Assembly: GCA_973851085.1 (NCBI GenBank)
Contig: OZ316776.1
Coordinates: 7,750,001 to 7,814,000 of the forward strand
From: Ptychomitrium polyphyllum
Taxonomy: Eukaryota
Direction: 5' to 3'
DNA length: 64,000 nucleotides
The position numbers and the translations under genes are program-made. Position 1 is the stretch's first letter. The number at the start of each line of letters is the position of its first letter. The notes beneath the pieces are model-generated. The model ran no database searches, had not been told where the DNA came from, and saw only the letters and a program-made list of their open reading frames with translations. Shown here one piece after another: positions 37,301 through 50,749 of this stretch.

Positions 37301-40300
37301 TTGTGTAAGTTATATGGAACTTAGTACATTATCATTCAAGTATTTACATCTTTACTTCAAAATGAGTATTTCTTGAAAGGCAAATCACCAAAGTTTTGAA
37401 GCAAAGATTCTGCCTCCCCCTTAAGTTATAAATGGCAGAGCCCTAGTGGTAGAAAACTTCTTACAGACTCTGCATAATGTACTGTAACCAATACTCCTCG
37501 GAATGAATATGTCATTGCATGCTGAAGTTTTATGATGCCACATGAGCCTAATGATGGTGGGCACCAGAACCAAAGAGCATGCCACACAACCAAAGCCTAT
37601 ACATCTTATCAATGAATATTCAAAAGATATTGCTTCTTGTTGCCAAACTCAAGTGCAGTTTACATCTCAAGCACTGGTGAAAAGAGACTTCTCAACAAAC
37701 TATGTACAAAGCCATTATGGTAAATGTTAATCCAGTTTGCACCACTGCTAGGGCTTCTATCTTGAAAGTCAAGTTTGAGCAGCATGTTGTCCCTTACCCA
37801 TACCAAGTTAAAGGTACCCTGGCTCATGGAGTTATGCATGCAGTTGACAAGGGGTTGTCTACATCTTCATTGCAGTGAGCAATTATGCTATATGTTTCCC
37901 CATGTGTTTCTAACAACAAGCAAAAAGTGTTGTCTATTGGTGAATAGCCTATCTCCTGGTAGAATTTATCCTACAACTTGCAATCCCTATTTGAATCCAC
38001 CAAAACATCCAAGCAAAATGCTTGAATGCACAGACACCTGATTCCATTTTTTGGTTCAAATAGTTTACAACCTTCTTTTAAAACAATTTCTTACTTAATT
38101 CCTAAGCCAGAGAAGTACCTTTTGGTCCCCTAAGAATTTCACCCAACTTTTATAATTGACACATCTAGTTTTTGAATGAATAACAAAAAGAAAGTTGAGA
38201 TCCTTTTTTTATTATAAACTTAAAACACCAATAATAATTTCTACAATGCACTTGGTTTGGAAAAAAATGTAAGATTGAATGAGAAGGGATTCATTTGCAT
38301 CTCTAAATTTTTACTTATTTGTTACAATATAATGGAAACTGATAAACTAACCACCTTCCACCTAATTTTTCTTCTAAAAATATTTTCTATTTGGTACAAT
38401 TGTATAATTAATTAGCAATTTTTGGTTGTTAAAGTTTCATTCTCAAAAGCAATTTAAGTTACGATGTAAGGTCCATCTATAGTAAGAATGTATATTGTTT
38501 ATCATTTTTTTTATTAAAGCCACATATAAGGTTAAAACTTTTATGTGTTCAATAAATATGAATCAATCCAAAATATAGCATCTAATAAAGGAAATATTTC
38601 TTTTACATTGGTGTATAATTAAACTTAAGCTACATTAGCTTTAAATTTATTTTGTCACAATCCTATAGAAGCTTATTCCTTTCCAATTTTTCTACATTCT
38701 TCAATTATTATCACTTCAATAACTCAATACCAATTTGGTCCAAATTATGTATTTCATCTCATAGACCTATTTCACACAATTTAATAGCACTTTGAATTTT
38801 TAATACTTTAATGCAAGAAAATCTATCTATGTTGTTTTTTAAATGCTTTATGCGTTTAAAATGAATTATAAATTCTAATGCTTTGAACTAAATGTTATTG
38901 CACATTTACGTATTGTCTTTAATGCAATATGATACTTTATTTTTTTTTTCTACATTTCCATGTTTCTTATACTTAGTCATGTGCGTGAGATCCATTCTTA
39001 ATTGGTAACAATTTCTATATAATTTTAAATTTTAAATTCTCTAACATAGCTTATTACTCTTTGTAAATTTTTCTTCATGCAATTCAATCATTCACTTCAA
39101 TAAATTACATATTTTTTTGTTTATTTCTTAAAAGTTACTTAAAATGATAAATCACCAATTCTTCTATTTTATTTATAAATTTATTGATATTTAGTATAAG
39201 TAACAAATGCTTTAGTTACAAAACAATTTAGTACAATAAGCAAAAAATATTTTTAAAAAAGCTTACAAACAATTGTAAATATTCCAAATTCCATCAATTT
39301 AAGAAATTGAATCATAAATAAAATTGAAATATTTGGAAACATTTCTTTTATTGCTAAGACTTACACTTAAATTTATTAATGGAAAAATAATGATTTATAG
39401 TGAAATCTAGTCATAGAAAGGTTGTTTAATATCCAAACATTTGCCAAATGCTTGATGTTAAATGTCTAAAAGTGGAGTGTTTTTCATGTTTGGATTGTCA
39501 TTAAACTTTTAAATTTTATTAAAGGTCTAGACAATAATATAAATAAATAATAAATGAACTTTGGATGTTGTTAAATGGAATATTTTGATGCATTCAAATA
39601 TGAAACTTCTAAGACATTTAGAATAAATTACCATGAATTATAGCTTAAAAAAGATCTTACAAAATATGTACCTTAAATGAAAAAATATATTTTTGGAAAT
39701 ATTTTCTTACATCTTTTTTATTAATCTTAGTTTAAAACCAAGAAATCACTTTATTATAATGACTATAACAAATATTTCAATTCTTATATGTAGACAAACA
39801 TCTTTGATATATATATACCAAATTTTAGAAGCAACCACTTTATACTTATTATTACAAAAGAAATGTTGTTTGAATTTTTAACATTCTATAAATAAAATAA
39901 AAATACAATTTGAATTTGATTATTTTAACTTTAACATTTGAACATCTTAACAAATTTTAAGATTTTAAATATAAAACATGATTTAATTGTAGTATGAGGG
40001 AAATTCAAGCCTAAATTAACATATTTTGATTTTAAAACCTTGGCAATGATTATGTTCAAGGGCTTAGGAATAAACTTCTAAATGCTTGGAGCTTTAGACT
40101 TAATCAAATGTATAACAAATTGTAGGTTTATTAAAAAAATTGAATTTGAAATACATATCAATAAAATATTATGATTGAAGAATACTGGTATGATTAATTT
40201 TTGAAAAATGATTTTTGATATTTTCCAAATTAAATTATATGTTTTCTTATAAAAATTTTAGAATAGTTGCATTTTCAAAGCTCTTGTAGTAAAGGTTGCA

Positions 40301-41339
40301 TTTTTAAGTTTAAAATTAATTATTAATGAAATAATAGTACTTGATTGATAGTATAAAGTGAAAAATGAAGTGTGAATTAAAAATAGTTGGATAATTAGAC
40401 TACCAATAAGTTTCAATTAGATAATTGAAGAATTTAAGGTGACAATTGAAATTTTGGACATTTATATATAGCGGCTAAGGTAATAACAATAGATGTTGTG
40501 GAAGTATAACAATAGATTATAAGAAAAACAAGATATTGCTATGTAAGATGAAACAAAGGATTAGATTTATGTAGAAAATGGTTACAAGATTAAAAACAAG
40601 ACAATCTTATACATTGTTTTAAAACTTACATTAGCAAGATTAAGGTGAACTTCATCTTCCTACTTATTTATAATAGGAAGCTTACGTCCTTTAAAAGCTA
40701 TTGAGAAAGGTCATAAGAAGCTATAAGAAGATTGTAGAAGTTTATTGAATTTTTTTAGAAAGTTTTTGGAGGTCAATGGAAGGTTCTAATGGCTCATATA
40801 TGTTTTATTAGGCCATGGAAGGTTTTTAAAGTTAATGGATGATGTATGTCCATAATATGATTTATTTTAGCACCATGATTCACAAGGAGCATCAAAACAT
40901 AGTTTGGTTTGCAAGAATTTAAAAACTTATTAAAAAACCGTTGCAATGTATATTGCTTATTAATTTGCAAGCAAAATAAGGGCATAGTCATTTTAATAGT
41001 AATATTGGCCACTTTTTCCGACCCTTGCAAAATTTTTAAATGTTTACATATTGATATAAATTAAGGCCTTTGTAATATCCATGAAATATGACCTTGTCAT
41101 TGTTATGCTCCACTGTCATAACTTGCAATTAAATCACTCTTGTTGAAGCGTCTTTTGAAGATTACTACACTAACACTAATCCAACCGCAATAATTTTTGC
41201 CATTTAGAGGATCTAATTTCAATTAAAAGACAACTAAAATACAATTTAAGTTACAAAAATCAAAGTGGTTGTTTTGGTAGTTGTTTTAATAGAAAAATAC
41301 AAAATACATGATGAAGCTGCATGGAAAATAGCATTAGAA

Positions 41340-42598
41340 GGTGGTAGCTATTAAATGTGGAAAAATATCTCTTTGCGTATTTCTCCCACTAGTTGGTCAT
41401 TGCATCATTTAATAAAGATAAAAACTTGAAGATGATGCAAGAAGATTTATTAGCAAAAGAGAATAATACAAGAGAGTTCAAAAACTTATCCAAGGAATTA
41501 ATAAATAAAATTGTATGCCATCTCTAAGGTGACCTTTGTTTATCACCTTAACTAAATTTAATTATAAATTGTATAGTAAATCCAATCCTAATTGCCATTA
41601 ATTATCCACCCGCCTCAATTTAAAAAAAGTTACCAACTCAAGTTGTCAATTGATAATTGACCCTTTAACAATTGGATGAAGAGATATTCAAAAACTTTTG
41701 CTAATAATAATTAGTGCCTTTTTAGACCTTTGAATGACAATAGGTACAATTAAGAGGCATAATTTGTGTTCAACTTTGGAAGGATTTTTTTTCAAATTTT
41801 GCTTGTAGAAACCAATCTTTTTACAACATACCATGCATAAACCAACAACCAAAGAAAGCATGTTCATCAAATTTTTTTAATGTATTAACAAAAGTATTAA
41901 ACAAATTTTTCATCATTGTTTAAGTTGGCTTTTAAAATTACATTGCACTTTATCAGTAAAATGAATCTCATTTGTTGTAAACTATAATTGGCATCTTATA
42001 GCATGCTTATTTTGAATGAAAAATGTTCAAAGTCCACCAACTAAAAAACTAACTATTCACCTTGCAAACATCTATAAGGAGCTTCCTTTTCAACTACGAT
42101 AAACTTTTAAATGCTACAAAGATGATCCAAATTGTTATTGAATATCCCAACCCAAGTTCAAAGTTGAAGATTGTATATGGTTTCTTTAGTAGATTCAAGG
42201 CGGGTGGATAATTGATAGCAACTAGAATTGGATTAGCTATACAGTTTATAATTAAACTTAGTTAAGGTGATAAACAAAGGCCACCTTAGAGAGGGCATAC
42301 AATTTTATTAATTAATTCTTTGGACAATTTTTTGAATTTTCTTATATATTTTCTTTTGTTAATAGATCTTCTTGCATCATCTTCAAGTCTTTATCTTTAC
42401 TAAACTAATTTTGAATGTGAGCCAAAGACTAATATAGATATGAGAGTGGATTTTGAAAGTTAATTAATTTAAAGTGGTCAAAACCATTCTTTTGAACTAT
42501 TATGTACTGCTCTATCAGATTCTTAAGTGATGCAATGATTAACTAGTAGAAGAATTATTCAAAGGGATATTTTTCCATACTTAATACCTACTGCCTCT
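41340..42598. repeat. Inverted repeat: arms ~41340-41617 and ~42196-42598 (two copies of one TE/LTR segment)
   Basis: gatgatgcaagaagat...ctctaaggtgacctttgtttatcaccttaacta...attatccacccgcct is the reverse complement of aggcgggtggataatt...tagttaaggtgataaacaaaggccaccttagaga...atcttcttgcatcatc. The right arm carries an extra ~120 bp (42405-42525). Confidence 0.9.
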
Positions 42599-42969
42599 CC
42601 CCCCCCTTTTTTGCATAGAATGAAGTGTGCCATCTTATTAAATCAATCAACATGTATTAAAATAATGTCCTTAAGAATTGGTGCTGGAGACATTTGTAAT
42701 AAAATCTATGGATAATTTTTTTTATTCACTTTTAGGGCCTGGAAGTAGATGTAAAAGTTTATGTAGTTGATGTTGAGGTACCTTGGTTCTTGTATATGTA
42801 TTATTTAACTAAATGAAGTTTTTAATATATTTCAACATCAAAGATTATTAATAAATCTCTACTTATCAATTCCTCAGTTTTTAAAATCCAGATTGTCCAC
42901 CAACATGGAATTTATGGTGTACATGAGGTATTTTAGATTAAGAGGTTTCAAAGTATTATACATGGTAAT

Positions 42970-43365
42970 GTAAAATAAAGACTCAAGATAGAGAGATGGA
43001 ATAATTAGATTTTATACCATGAACTAAGAATTACAATACAATGTAGAGCCAAAGGATCTAAGCTAAACTACAAGAAATGTATTGTCAAGAAAGAATAAAG
43101 ATCCTTTTAGCCTTAATTCCCAAATACATCATAGATCTAGAATACCTTACATAATACTAATATGACGCTTTACATTCAAGCAACCTTAGGTTGTTTCTTT
43201 GGAAGCCTCCTTAATTAGTTGGAACATTCTAAGATTAAGGTACCTTTTTAAGCAAATTTTTGGAGATGCCTAATCCTTTTAAGAATCTTCTTAGACTTCT
43301 TTGGACCTTCATAGTCCTTCTAAAAGCTTATAATATATGTTCATGACATCATCTCCTCCTCTAAC
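42970..43365 (-). mobile_element. Decayed 3' LTR with polypurine tract of a gypsy element
   Basis: Minus strand reads ttagaggaggagatga (PPT) directly followed by tgtcatgaacatata (LTR start at 43348), like the LTR start tgtcacgaacatac at 54035. The left end is approximate. Confidence 0.65.
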
Positions 43366-43540
43366 TTCAAGGTCTCTAAAAAATATGTTGCAATAAATAC
43401 TTAGACGTATAGAAAGTAAAAACTTATTGTGTAATGTTTACAACATATTTAAGTTATCTTTTGTAGGCCAAATGATTCATAGATCCTTTATTACTGATCA
43501 ATGCTTTCAAATTGAGACCAAGCTAAAACTTTTATATGTT

Positions 43541-44503
43541 TGTTGTGAAAGCGTTGTCGTTATTTTTACAATATTTTAAATTTAGTGAAAAGGGTGGCAA
43601 CGAGGGTGGTAGTGGGAGTGGTACTGGAGGTGAGATGAGGGGTTATGTGTTCTGGATGGGCTGAACCGTGGTGGCAAACAGGCGGGATCGTATTGGCGGA
43701 CTGTAGGTAACGTCAGCATCCAGACAATTTGCGGGTAACAAGGGAGCTGCGAACAGAAGTGATGGGGTCAGCAGTGTGAACGGGGTAAAGGAGGAGCGAA
43801 CTGCGGCGGGGAACGCAAGCTGCTGGTTGGGCGAAGTATGACGCGGCTGCGAACGAACTGGATCGGCTTCGGCGGGAACGGTCTTGCTCAGACACAAAGG
43901 GATTGGCTGCAGGGAACCGTGCGGATGAGGCGGGAACGGATGTGGGAACAGAGGCGAAGGGACAGGCGGAACGGCGCAGGCAAGTAGGGACCAGGCTGGC
44001 GCAGTGTGAACAGAACAGGTTGGAGCCACGGCAAGGCTGGCCATTGCTTGGCCCCGGAATGGCCATGGAAATTCGAGAAGTTGGGCGCCACGGTGAGGGA
44101 AGTCTACTCCAGGAATTCTAGGGTTTCGGGGCTAGAGGCCGTGGCAGGGCAAGTATAATGAGGGGTTGGTGGAGCTTCGGGCAGTTCGTTTCTAGTTTTT
44201 TTAGTTTTGAGTTTATGTTTGTGTTAGTAAGTGTCGGTTTAAATGGGTATTTGATTTGGATAAAGGAGAAAATAAAAGTTAGTGTATATGGATGTATATG
44301 ACATAAGGTTGGAATAAGCATGAAATGAGAGTTTGGATATAGGTGCAAATTTGTATAAAAAGTGTTATTTTATTGTAATCCATTGACTCATGAAGGTTTA
44401 TTAATATAACTATTTATATTACACTATATTGTCAATTTGTTAAATAATTAGTAGCAACTAGAGGTTCAATGTCTTTTCAAGGCAAGGCTCTTTTATCACA
44501 ACA
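43541..44503 (+). mobile_element. Probable solo LTR (963 bp) with GC/CpG-rich interior
   Basis: Termini TGTTGTGA...TCACAACA form a perfect 8-bp inverted pair. The last ~57 bp match the 3' end of the LTR at 58411-58467. Flanks atgtt/atatc may be a decayed 5-bp TSD. Confidence 0.65.
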
Positions 44504-44849
44504 ATATCCTTCAAACACCGCATCCGCATGACCTTCATGGGCAGATTCTATTTTAAAGACAATTACCAGCAATGTTTTAGTAGGTATTCTTTAACATCTT
44601 CTTGGTCCAATATGTTCTTTATCTTGAGGTTGGGATGACACAACTCGCATTGTATCCATATTTTGACTTTTTACATATAATACACTAATTTAATCTTAAA
44701 GAATTATAACTCCAATACAAAGCAATGGATGCTATGTCATGTATGGAGTTAAAAGCTTTTGTTTTAGGAATTACTTCTTTTCTTTTTTAAAAAGCCTAAA
44801 AATCAAGAATCCTCAAGGTTATGCAACATTATCAGGCTATAGTTCTTTG

Positions 44850-47800
44850 TATTGTTGTTTTTAGTTTGGATGGATGTTGTTGATGGAATTTGTGAATCCT
44901 TCTTAGTAAATTGATAAGATTGCTAATTGGATCCTCTATATGTTAATTAATGTCATATTTGCACCACTGGACCAAATATTCTAATTTTTCACGCTTTATC
45001 TTCAAATATAATACTTCTTCTACTTCAAAATTTATAATAATCATTAATTTCCAACAAAGAAAGTAACAATTGTCTTTGTTTAAGCAAAGCAAATTCCTTA
45101 GAGGCTTCCAAAAGTGAAACGTGGACAATTTAATATACCTTCGTAGATGCTTGTGACTTTAAGTAATAAGCAACTTGATTGATTTGCTATTGAATTGCAA
45201 ATGGCCCCAATTTTTAACACTCTAGTTTATTACATAGCTTGTTGGTTTTTATATTGTGACAAAGGAACCACATGTTAAGAGTTGGTTATCAATTGATACT
45301 TTAGGTCAGTAACACCCTTAAATTGAGTGCTTGATAATTGGTAATTGACTATTGGAAATCTTTATTTAATAACTTGTTATTGATAATTAATCATTGGTAA
45401 CCAATCTTTGGTAGTGGACAACAAACAGGGTTAAAACTTAGGTTTTATTATATTATTTTTAAGAGAACTGTTGTATTAAATGTGGCAATGTCTTAAAAGA
45501 TTGCATGTAGTTTTTACTCTAGAATAGCTTTTAGCTTAAATTCCGAGTTTGGCTAACTTAGTTATATGCTTTTCAAACTAATCAAGTTTTATTTTGCATC
45601 TTCTCTACTTTGTTTTTAAATATTAGATGTATTAGAAAGGTGTTAGCTTTTGATTGATGGTTCAAAACCAATTAGAGAGTTGTTTGTTTTGCACTATAAA
45701 TTAAGATTGTAGTGTGTTTTTTGATAAAGGAATGCTTTGTCGGTTATTAAGTGAACAGTGACTGGTCAGCTAGGAAATACTCTTAGGAATATTTCTGCCT
45801 TTAACACCACACTTTTTTATTAACTTAAAATAAGGTTATTCCTTCCTTATTGAATCCACTACAACTTTATATCATTCTTGAGCTTCTTTTAATTGAATCT
45901 TCATAGTTTCTTGAAGCTTTGCCATTTTTGTAGCAATTTTTTTTATTGCTAGATTCCTTAAATTTGGAAATTAAAGCAAGTCCAACTTTGGATGACGTCC
46001 ATAGTTGAAGTGGAATGTCACGGACATAGATCATACAACATAGTCCTTAGAACATTTTAAAACTTTCTAATATATTATAATAGCTTCTTAGAATACTTTT
46101 AGATGTCTCCATAGTATTTCCATGTTTTTAGGAAGCTTCTTAGGAAAGTTCCTCCACCTTAGGAAACTTCCTAGGAAGGTTCTATCATCTTAGGTAATTT
46201 CATAAGAAACTTCCTATGAAGGTTCCATTATCTTAAGAAACTTCCTAGGAAGGTTCTACTTCTTTAGGAAACTTCCTTAGAAAGTTCCGCTATCTTAGGA
46301 AACTTCCAAGGAAGGTTCCAACTCCTTAAAAGACTCTTAGGAAGGTTCCAACATCTTAGGAAACTTCTTGGGAAGGTTCCTTAGACTTCCAGAACATTCG
46401 TAAGCCTTGTAGGAAGCTTCTTTAGAAATATCCTAGGAGATACAAACGTCATTGTATAAATAAGAGGCAAGACAAGGTATTCCTTAATCTTGCCAACTCA
46501 AATTGTGGATCATCTTGAATCCTACCTTGTTCTAGTTTTTGTATCAAGTTCTTGTTAATCATTAGCTCTTTGGAAGCTAATTCTTGGGAAACACTTCGTT
46601 TCTGCTTCTTGTTTCTTGTGTCCCTTACATGGAATGACATTTATTGTATGAACTTGTGAGTTGTATTACTATAGGCATAATCCATCAAAGATACATAGAA
46701 CATCTAATCATCTTGTTGATAGTTGATTGTGCAGCTCACATATTGCTTTAAGATTTGATTGATTTATTCTATTTAACCATTGAGTTGGATATAAAAGGCA
46801 GATTAAAGCCAAATACCAGCCTTGAGGATCTCAAAGAGGAAAATCCAAATTCTTGATATGAATTGTGACTTACAATCTGATATGATGTCATTTAGTAGCC
46901 CTTGATAATAATAAACATTGTTTTTTTAAAGTATAAGAAGCCACTTTAAAACTTGAACTTAGTTGAATCTTCTAAAAAGTTGCTAAAATAATGTTTGCCA
47001 TCAAGAATAAGAAGGCCTATTGTTGATGCCTAACAAACATTATAACAGATAAAAATATCCATTGGCATTGAAATAATTGTTGCTCAAAGATAAAATTGCT
47101 TGGATTTCAAAAGTGCAATCCATTGTTGATTATATGTTGCCTTCTTTTCTTTTGATACAAGGTATAATGGCCTTGATATGGCATTTGATAATCTTTATTG
47201 TCTCTTGAGACAGTACGTAATGCTAAAGTCAAATTGAAATAGAGACATATTCCAACAAGCTTGGCAATGATTTAGAATATGGATTGATATGAAATACTTA
47301 AGGTTCTTGTAATCTATATATATAATCATTGGATAACTTGCATCTTTAAATAAGTGGCACCATTTCTAAAAAGAATCCACAATCACAAGGATATTTTTTT
47401 GTAGATTTTATAATTGATCTTTGCAATTCAAATTTTTTTTTGATAGAAAGTAACCAAATGAAGTCATCCTTCTTTTGCCAATTGTGATAAGACTACTTTT
47501 AAATAAAATTTTAAGGCATTAATCTTCATAAATAATGATTTATTAAAATTCAAATGTATAAAGATAAAAGCTATAATAAAGTTGCCTTCAATCTCCAATC
47601 CGAAGTTTTCTTTATATGTTAGTCATATGACTAGAGAAACTACTCTAGAATAGCCTTTGATGACGATCCTATAAAAATTTGCAAATAAAAAAAAACATAT
47701 AACTATTGTTTTTTTGGAGTAGTTCAATTGCTATAGACATTGACATTCTTTGGATCTATAAGTAGGCTTACATTGGAAATGTTATAGTCAAAGAATTCTA

Positions 47801-47900
47801 CTTGAGGATCATGAGGATCTATTACACATTTTAATATTTGGCATACAACCTAATATCTTGTACCTTTTAAAAAATAAGTTGGATGTATTGTCCATTTTCC
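44850..47900 (-). mobile_element. Degenerate chromoviral gypsy pol fragment (integrase + chromodomain), interrupted by a solo LTR
   Basis: Minus-strand remnants GLLNDIISD..SQFISRIW (~46850-46910), NYGRHPKLD (~45980-46005) and chromodomain FEVEEVL...EKLEYLVQWCKYDIN (44943-45030); many stops. Limits are approximate. Confidence 0.7.
46016..46629 (+). mobile_element. Solo LTR (614 bp), gypsy, with perfect 5-bp TSD TGGAA
   Basis: TGTCA...TTACA termini; tggaa at 46011-46015 and 46630-46634; TATA-like tataaata ~46456; reverse-complement homolog of 63138-63740. Confidence 0.92.
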
Positions 47901-48180
47901 TATGAATTCTTTGAATGAATTAAAACGCCATTCAAATAGTACATGACAAAGTCATCAAGGTACTTGCAAAATATAATTTCCATAAGATGTTGAAATACTA
48001 ATGTTACCGCTCTATTAGATTTTCTACTAGGCACTATGAAGTATCTCATCCACCACTATTAAAGGTTGGTTGTTAATATTGTTTAATATTATTATTTTTA
48101 GAATATAAATGCAGTTTCAAAATTATAGGATCCAAAATTTTTAATTCGTATTTAAAACCTTAAACCAAAAGCATTGAAGT

Positions 48181-48181
48181 G

Positions 48182-48220
<39 letters not shown>

Positions 48221-48281
48221 TTTTTTTTTAATTTTTTTTTAATTTTTTTTTAATTTTTTTTTAAATTTTTTTTTTTTTTTA
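48181..48281. repeat. (TA)n microsatellite followed by (AAT8-9)n low-complexity tract
   Basis: Directly visible. Confidence 0.9.
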
Positions 48282-49706
48282 TTATGTTTTTCAAATTCTT
48301 TGCAATACATATATTTTTTTGAAATTAAATTACTTTTTTTGTTTTTTGTTTTTTATTTTTGTCAAAGTCTTTGATTCAAGCTTCAGATTACATTAATACC
48401 TTCTTTGTATTTCTCAAATTTTTTCTTGTAATTTTTTAAGATTTTCTATTCAATAGTTTTAAATTTTAATAGTTATAATAATGTTCAAAAGTTTGTAAAA
48501 TGATGACTAAAGACAATGCATTACAATGTAAATCCATCTTAAAATACTAAATTTTATTAAATCTAAATGAAAGATAATCAACAAATTTATGCTTTAAGAG
48601 TTTAATCAAAATGATAAAAATAACTTTTTGTTCATCATCCAATGGCTAATTTTGAATGTATTCAAATATATAAATGGATCCTAGACAACTTCTTGGTATG
48701 GCTTGAACAAATCTAAATAGATGCTTTATGGAACTTAGACAAATTGAATTTGGACCCTTATTCCTTTTTCTTTAATTCCATTAGTCTTTTTTTTTTTTGG
48801 TTCAAGGTATTTGGTACAAGAATAAAAAAAAATTTACAAACAAGTTTTGGATATTTAAATATATGGTTGTCATTACAAATGTAAGAATCTATAAGATGTC
48901 TATAGTTAATAACCTTGCTCTATAAAATCTATATATGTAAATTCTAGGAATATATTCATAATAATAATATACTTTTCAATAAATTTGGTTGTTTATACTA
49001 CAAGTGGATGATGCATTTAAGTTTCAACATGAAAACCATGATGCGCTTCTAAAAGTTGCCTTTTATAGTAAAACAAAGCCTATGTAAGAAGCTAGTTGAA
49101 CAATGAATCATCTTATATTATCTAGTCTTTACAAAAAATTTAAAACATGGATTGTATATAAGATGATTAGGAGATTAGTACATGGAAAGTTTGGTAGATG
49201 CATCTTTTGTGTTTTGGAAGAATTGAATTAAATGATGTTTTCAAGCACTATAGAAGTTGGAAGTTGACTCAATCTAATGCCAAAATCTCATTCTTCTTCA
49301 TAACTATTCTTTGCTTTGACTATCTACATGTTGAATGTGGCTAAGATACTTTTGTAATATTTTTTTTTTTCAAATTATGTGTTATTGCTTCATATTATAA
49401 TTTGGCTCTTATATGGCTATGACACAAGTAATTTCATTCAAAAAGGGTTTTGAACCAAATGCAAGGGTATCACGTTCATTAGCATCACCTTCATTAGCAT
49501 CCTCTTCCATATCTTTTCATATAGTTTTTTTTATCCTTCATTATTATTCCTTAATTTGCTCCACTTTGGCCACTTTTGTTTGTATGTGTAGATGGAAAAT
49601 GTTAACCTTGTCAAGACAATGGGGGTTGTATTCCAAGCAAAGAAGCATATTGAAATCATGCTTCTTAAAACCAAAGACTTTTTTGCTAATAAATTATGGA
49701 ATTTGA

Positions 49707-50040
49707 TTATACCATTTTTTTTACTAGGAAACCTTGGCCATAGCATTTCTAATTTTTGATGGATTCTTAAATCTCTTGGCAAACTTTGAGTTCTCCTTTC
49801 CTTAGTTTTATTCTCATTATACTATTTTTTTTTACTAGGAAACCTTGGCCATAGCATTTCTAATTTTTGATGGATTCTTAAATCTCTTGGCAAACTTTGA
49901 GTTCTCCTTTCCTTAGTTTTATTCTCATTATACTATTTTTTTTTACTAGGAAACCTTGGCCATAGCATTTCTAATTTTTGATGGATTCTTAAATCTCTTG
50001 ACAAACTTTGAATTCTCCTTTCCTTAATTTTATTCTCATC
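49707..50040. repeat. 111-bp tandem triplication
   Basis: ctaggaaaccttggccatagc starts at 49724, 49835 and 49946. Copies 1 and 2 are identical over the core; copy 3 has three G>A changes. Confidence 0.95.
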
Positions 50041-50560
50041 TACTCAATTTTTTGAAATAAATAGTGACTAAGAACATGCATAAATACTTTTACACAGTCA
50101 TCTAATGTTGCCTTAAAAATATTGGTTTATTTCTTGATTGAAACTTAGAGCCACTTGTTGTAAACCATCTTACAAAGGTTGCCAAACAACATATTGGCTG
50201 CTTTTCTTTAGCCACCACAAGATTTAAATTTATTCTTACTAATACAAGCTCTTGAAGGTAAATAAACTTGCATGACAATTACAAGCATTTTATTTTCAAT
50301 TGCAATTAACTTTTTTAATTTTGATTTCATGCACACTTGCTTTGTTATGGAAAATTTTAGGCTTTTAAAGGTCATATTGTGCTCATTACAATCCTCCATG
50401 AGAAAAAAGAATATTCTGTTACTTTACAATTATTTTTATATTTCAAATTATAATTCCATCTTTAGTCTGCTCTTATAAAGAAAGAATTTTTTTTTTGATA
50501 ATGGGCATTTTATTGAATTCATATTCCAACTTTACATATTAAAAAAGAAAGAAAAAGTGT

Positions 50561-50642
50561 GATTGTTAAATCCTAGAAAGTACAAAGTGCTATGTTGTTG
50601 TGGTGAGATTGTTAAATCCTTGAAAGTATAAAGTGCTATGTT
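50561..50642. repeat. Short direct duplication (~36-bp core, 46-bp period)
   Basis: gattgttaaatcct(a/t)gaaagta(c/t)aaagtgctatgtt occurs twice. Confidence 0.85.
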
Positions 50643-50749
50643 ATAGTATTAACTATAGAAAACATAGGGTATTTTTTAGCATCTAATTGATCAAGATGCA
50701 TGAAGAGTTTCTATTTCTAACATCCAATGAAGCAAATACTTTACTCCAA

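Noticed and set aside
43643..44121. Overlapping 133/117/72/67-aa ORFs as protein genes
   Set aside because: Expected from high GC and few stops; low-complexity products with no recognisable motif.
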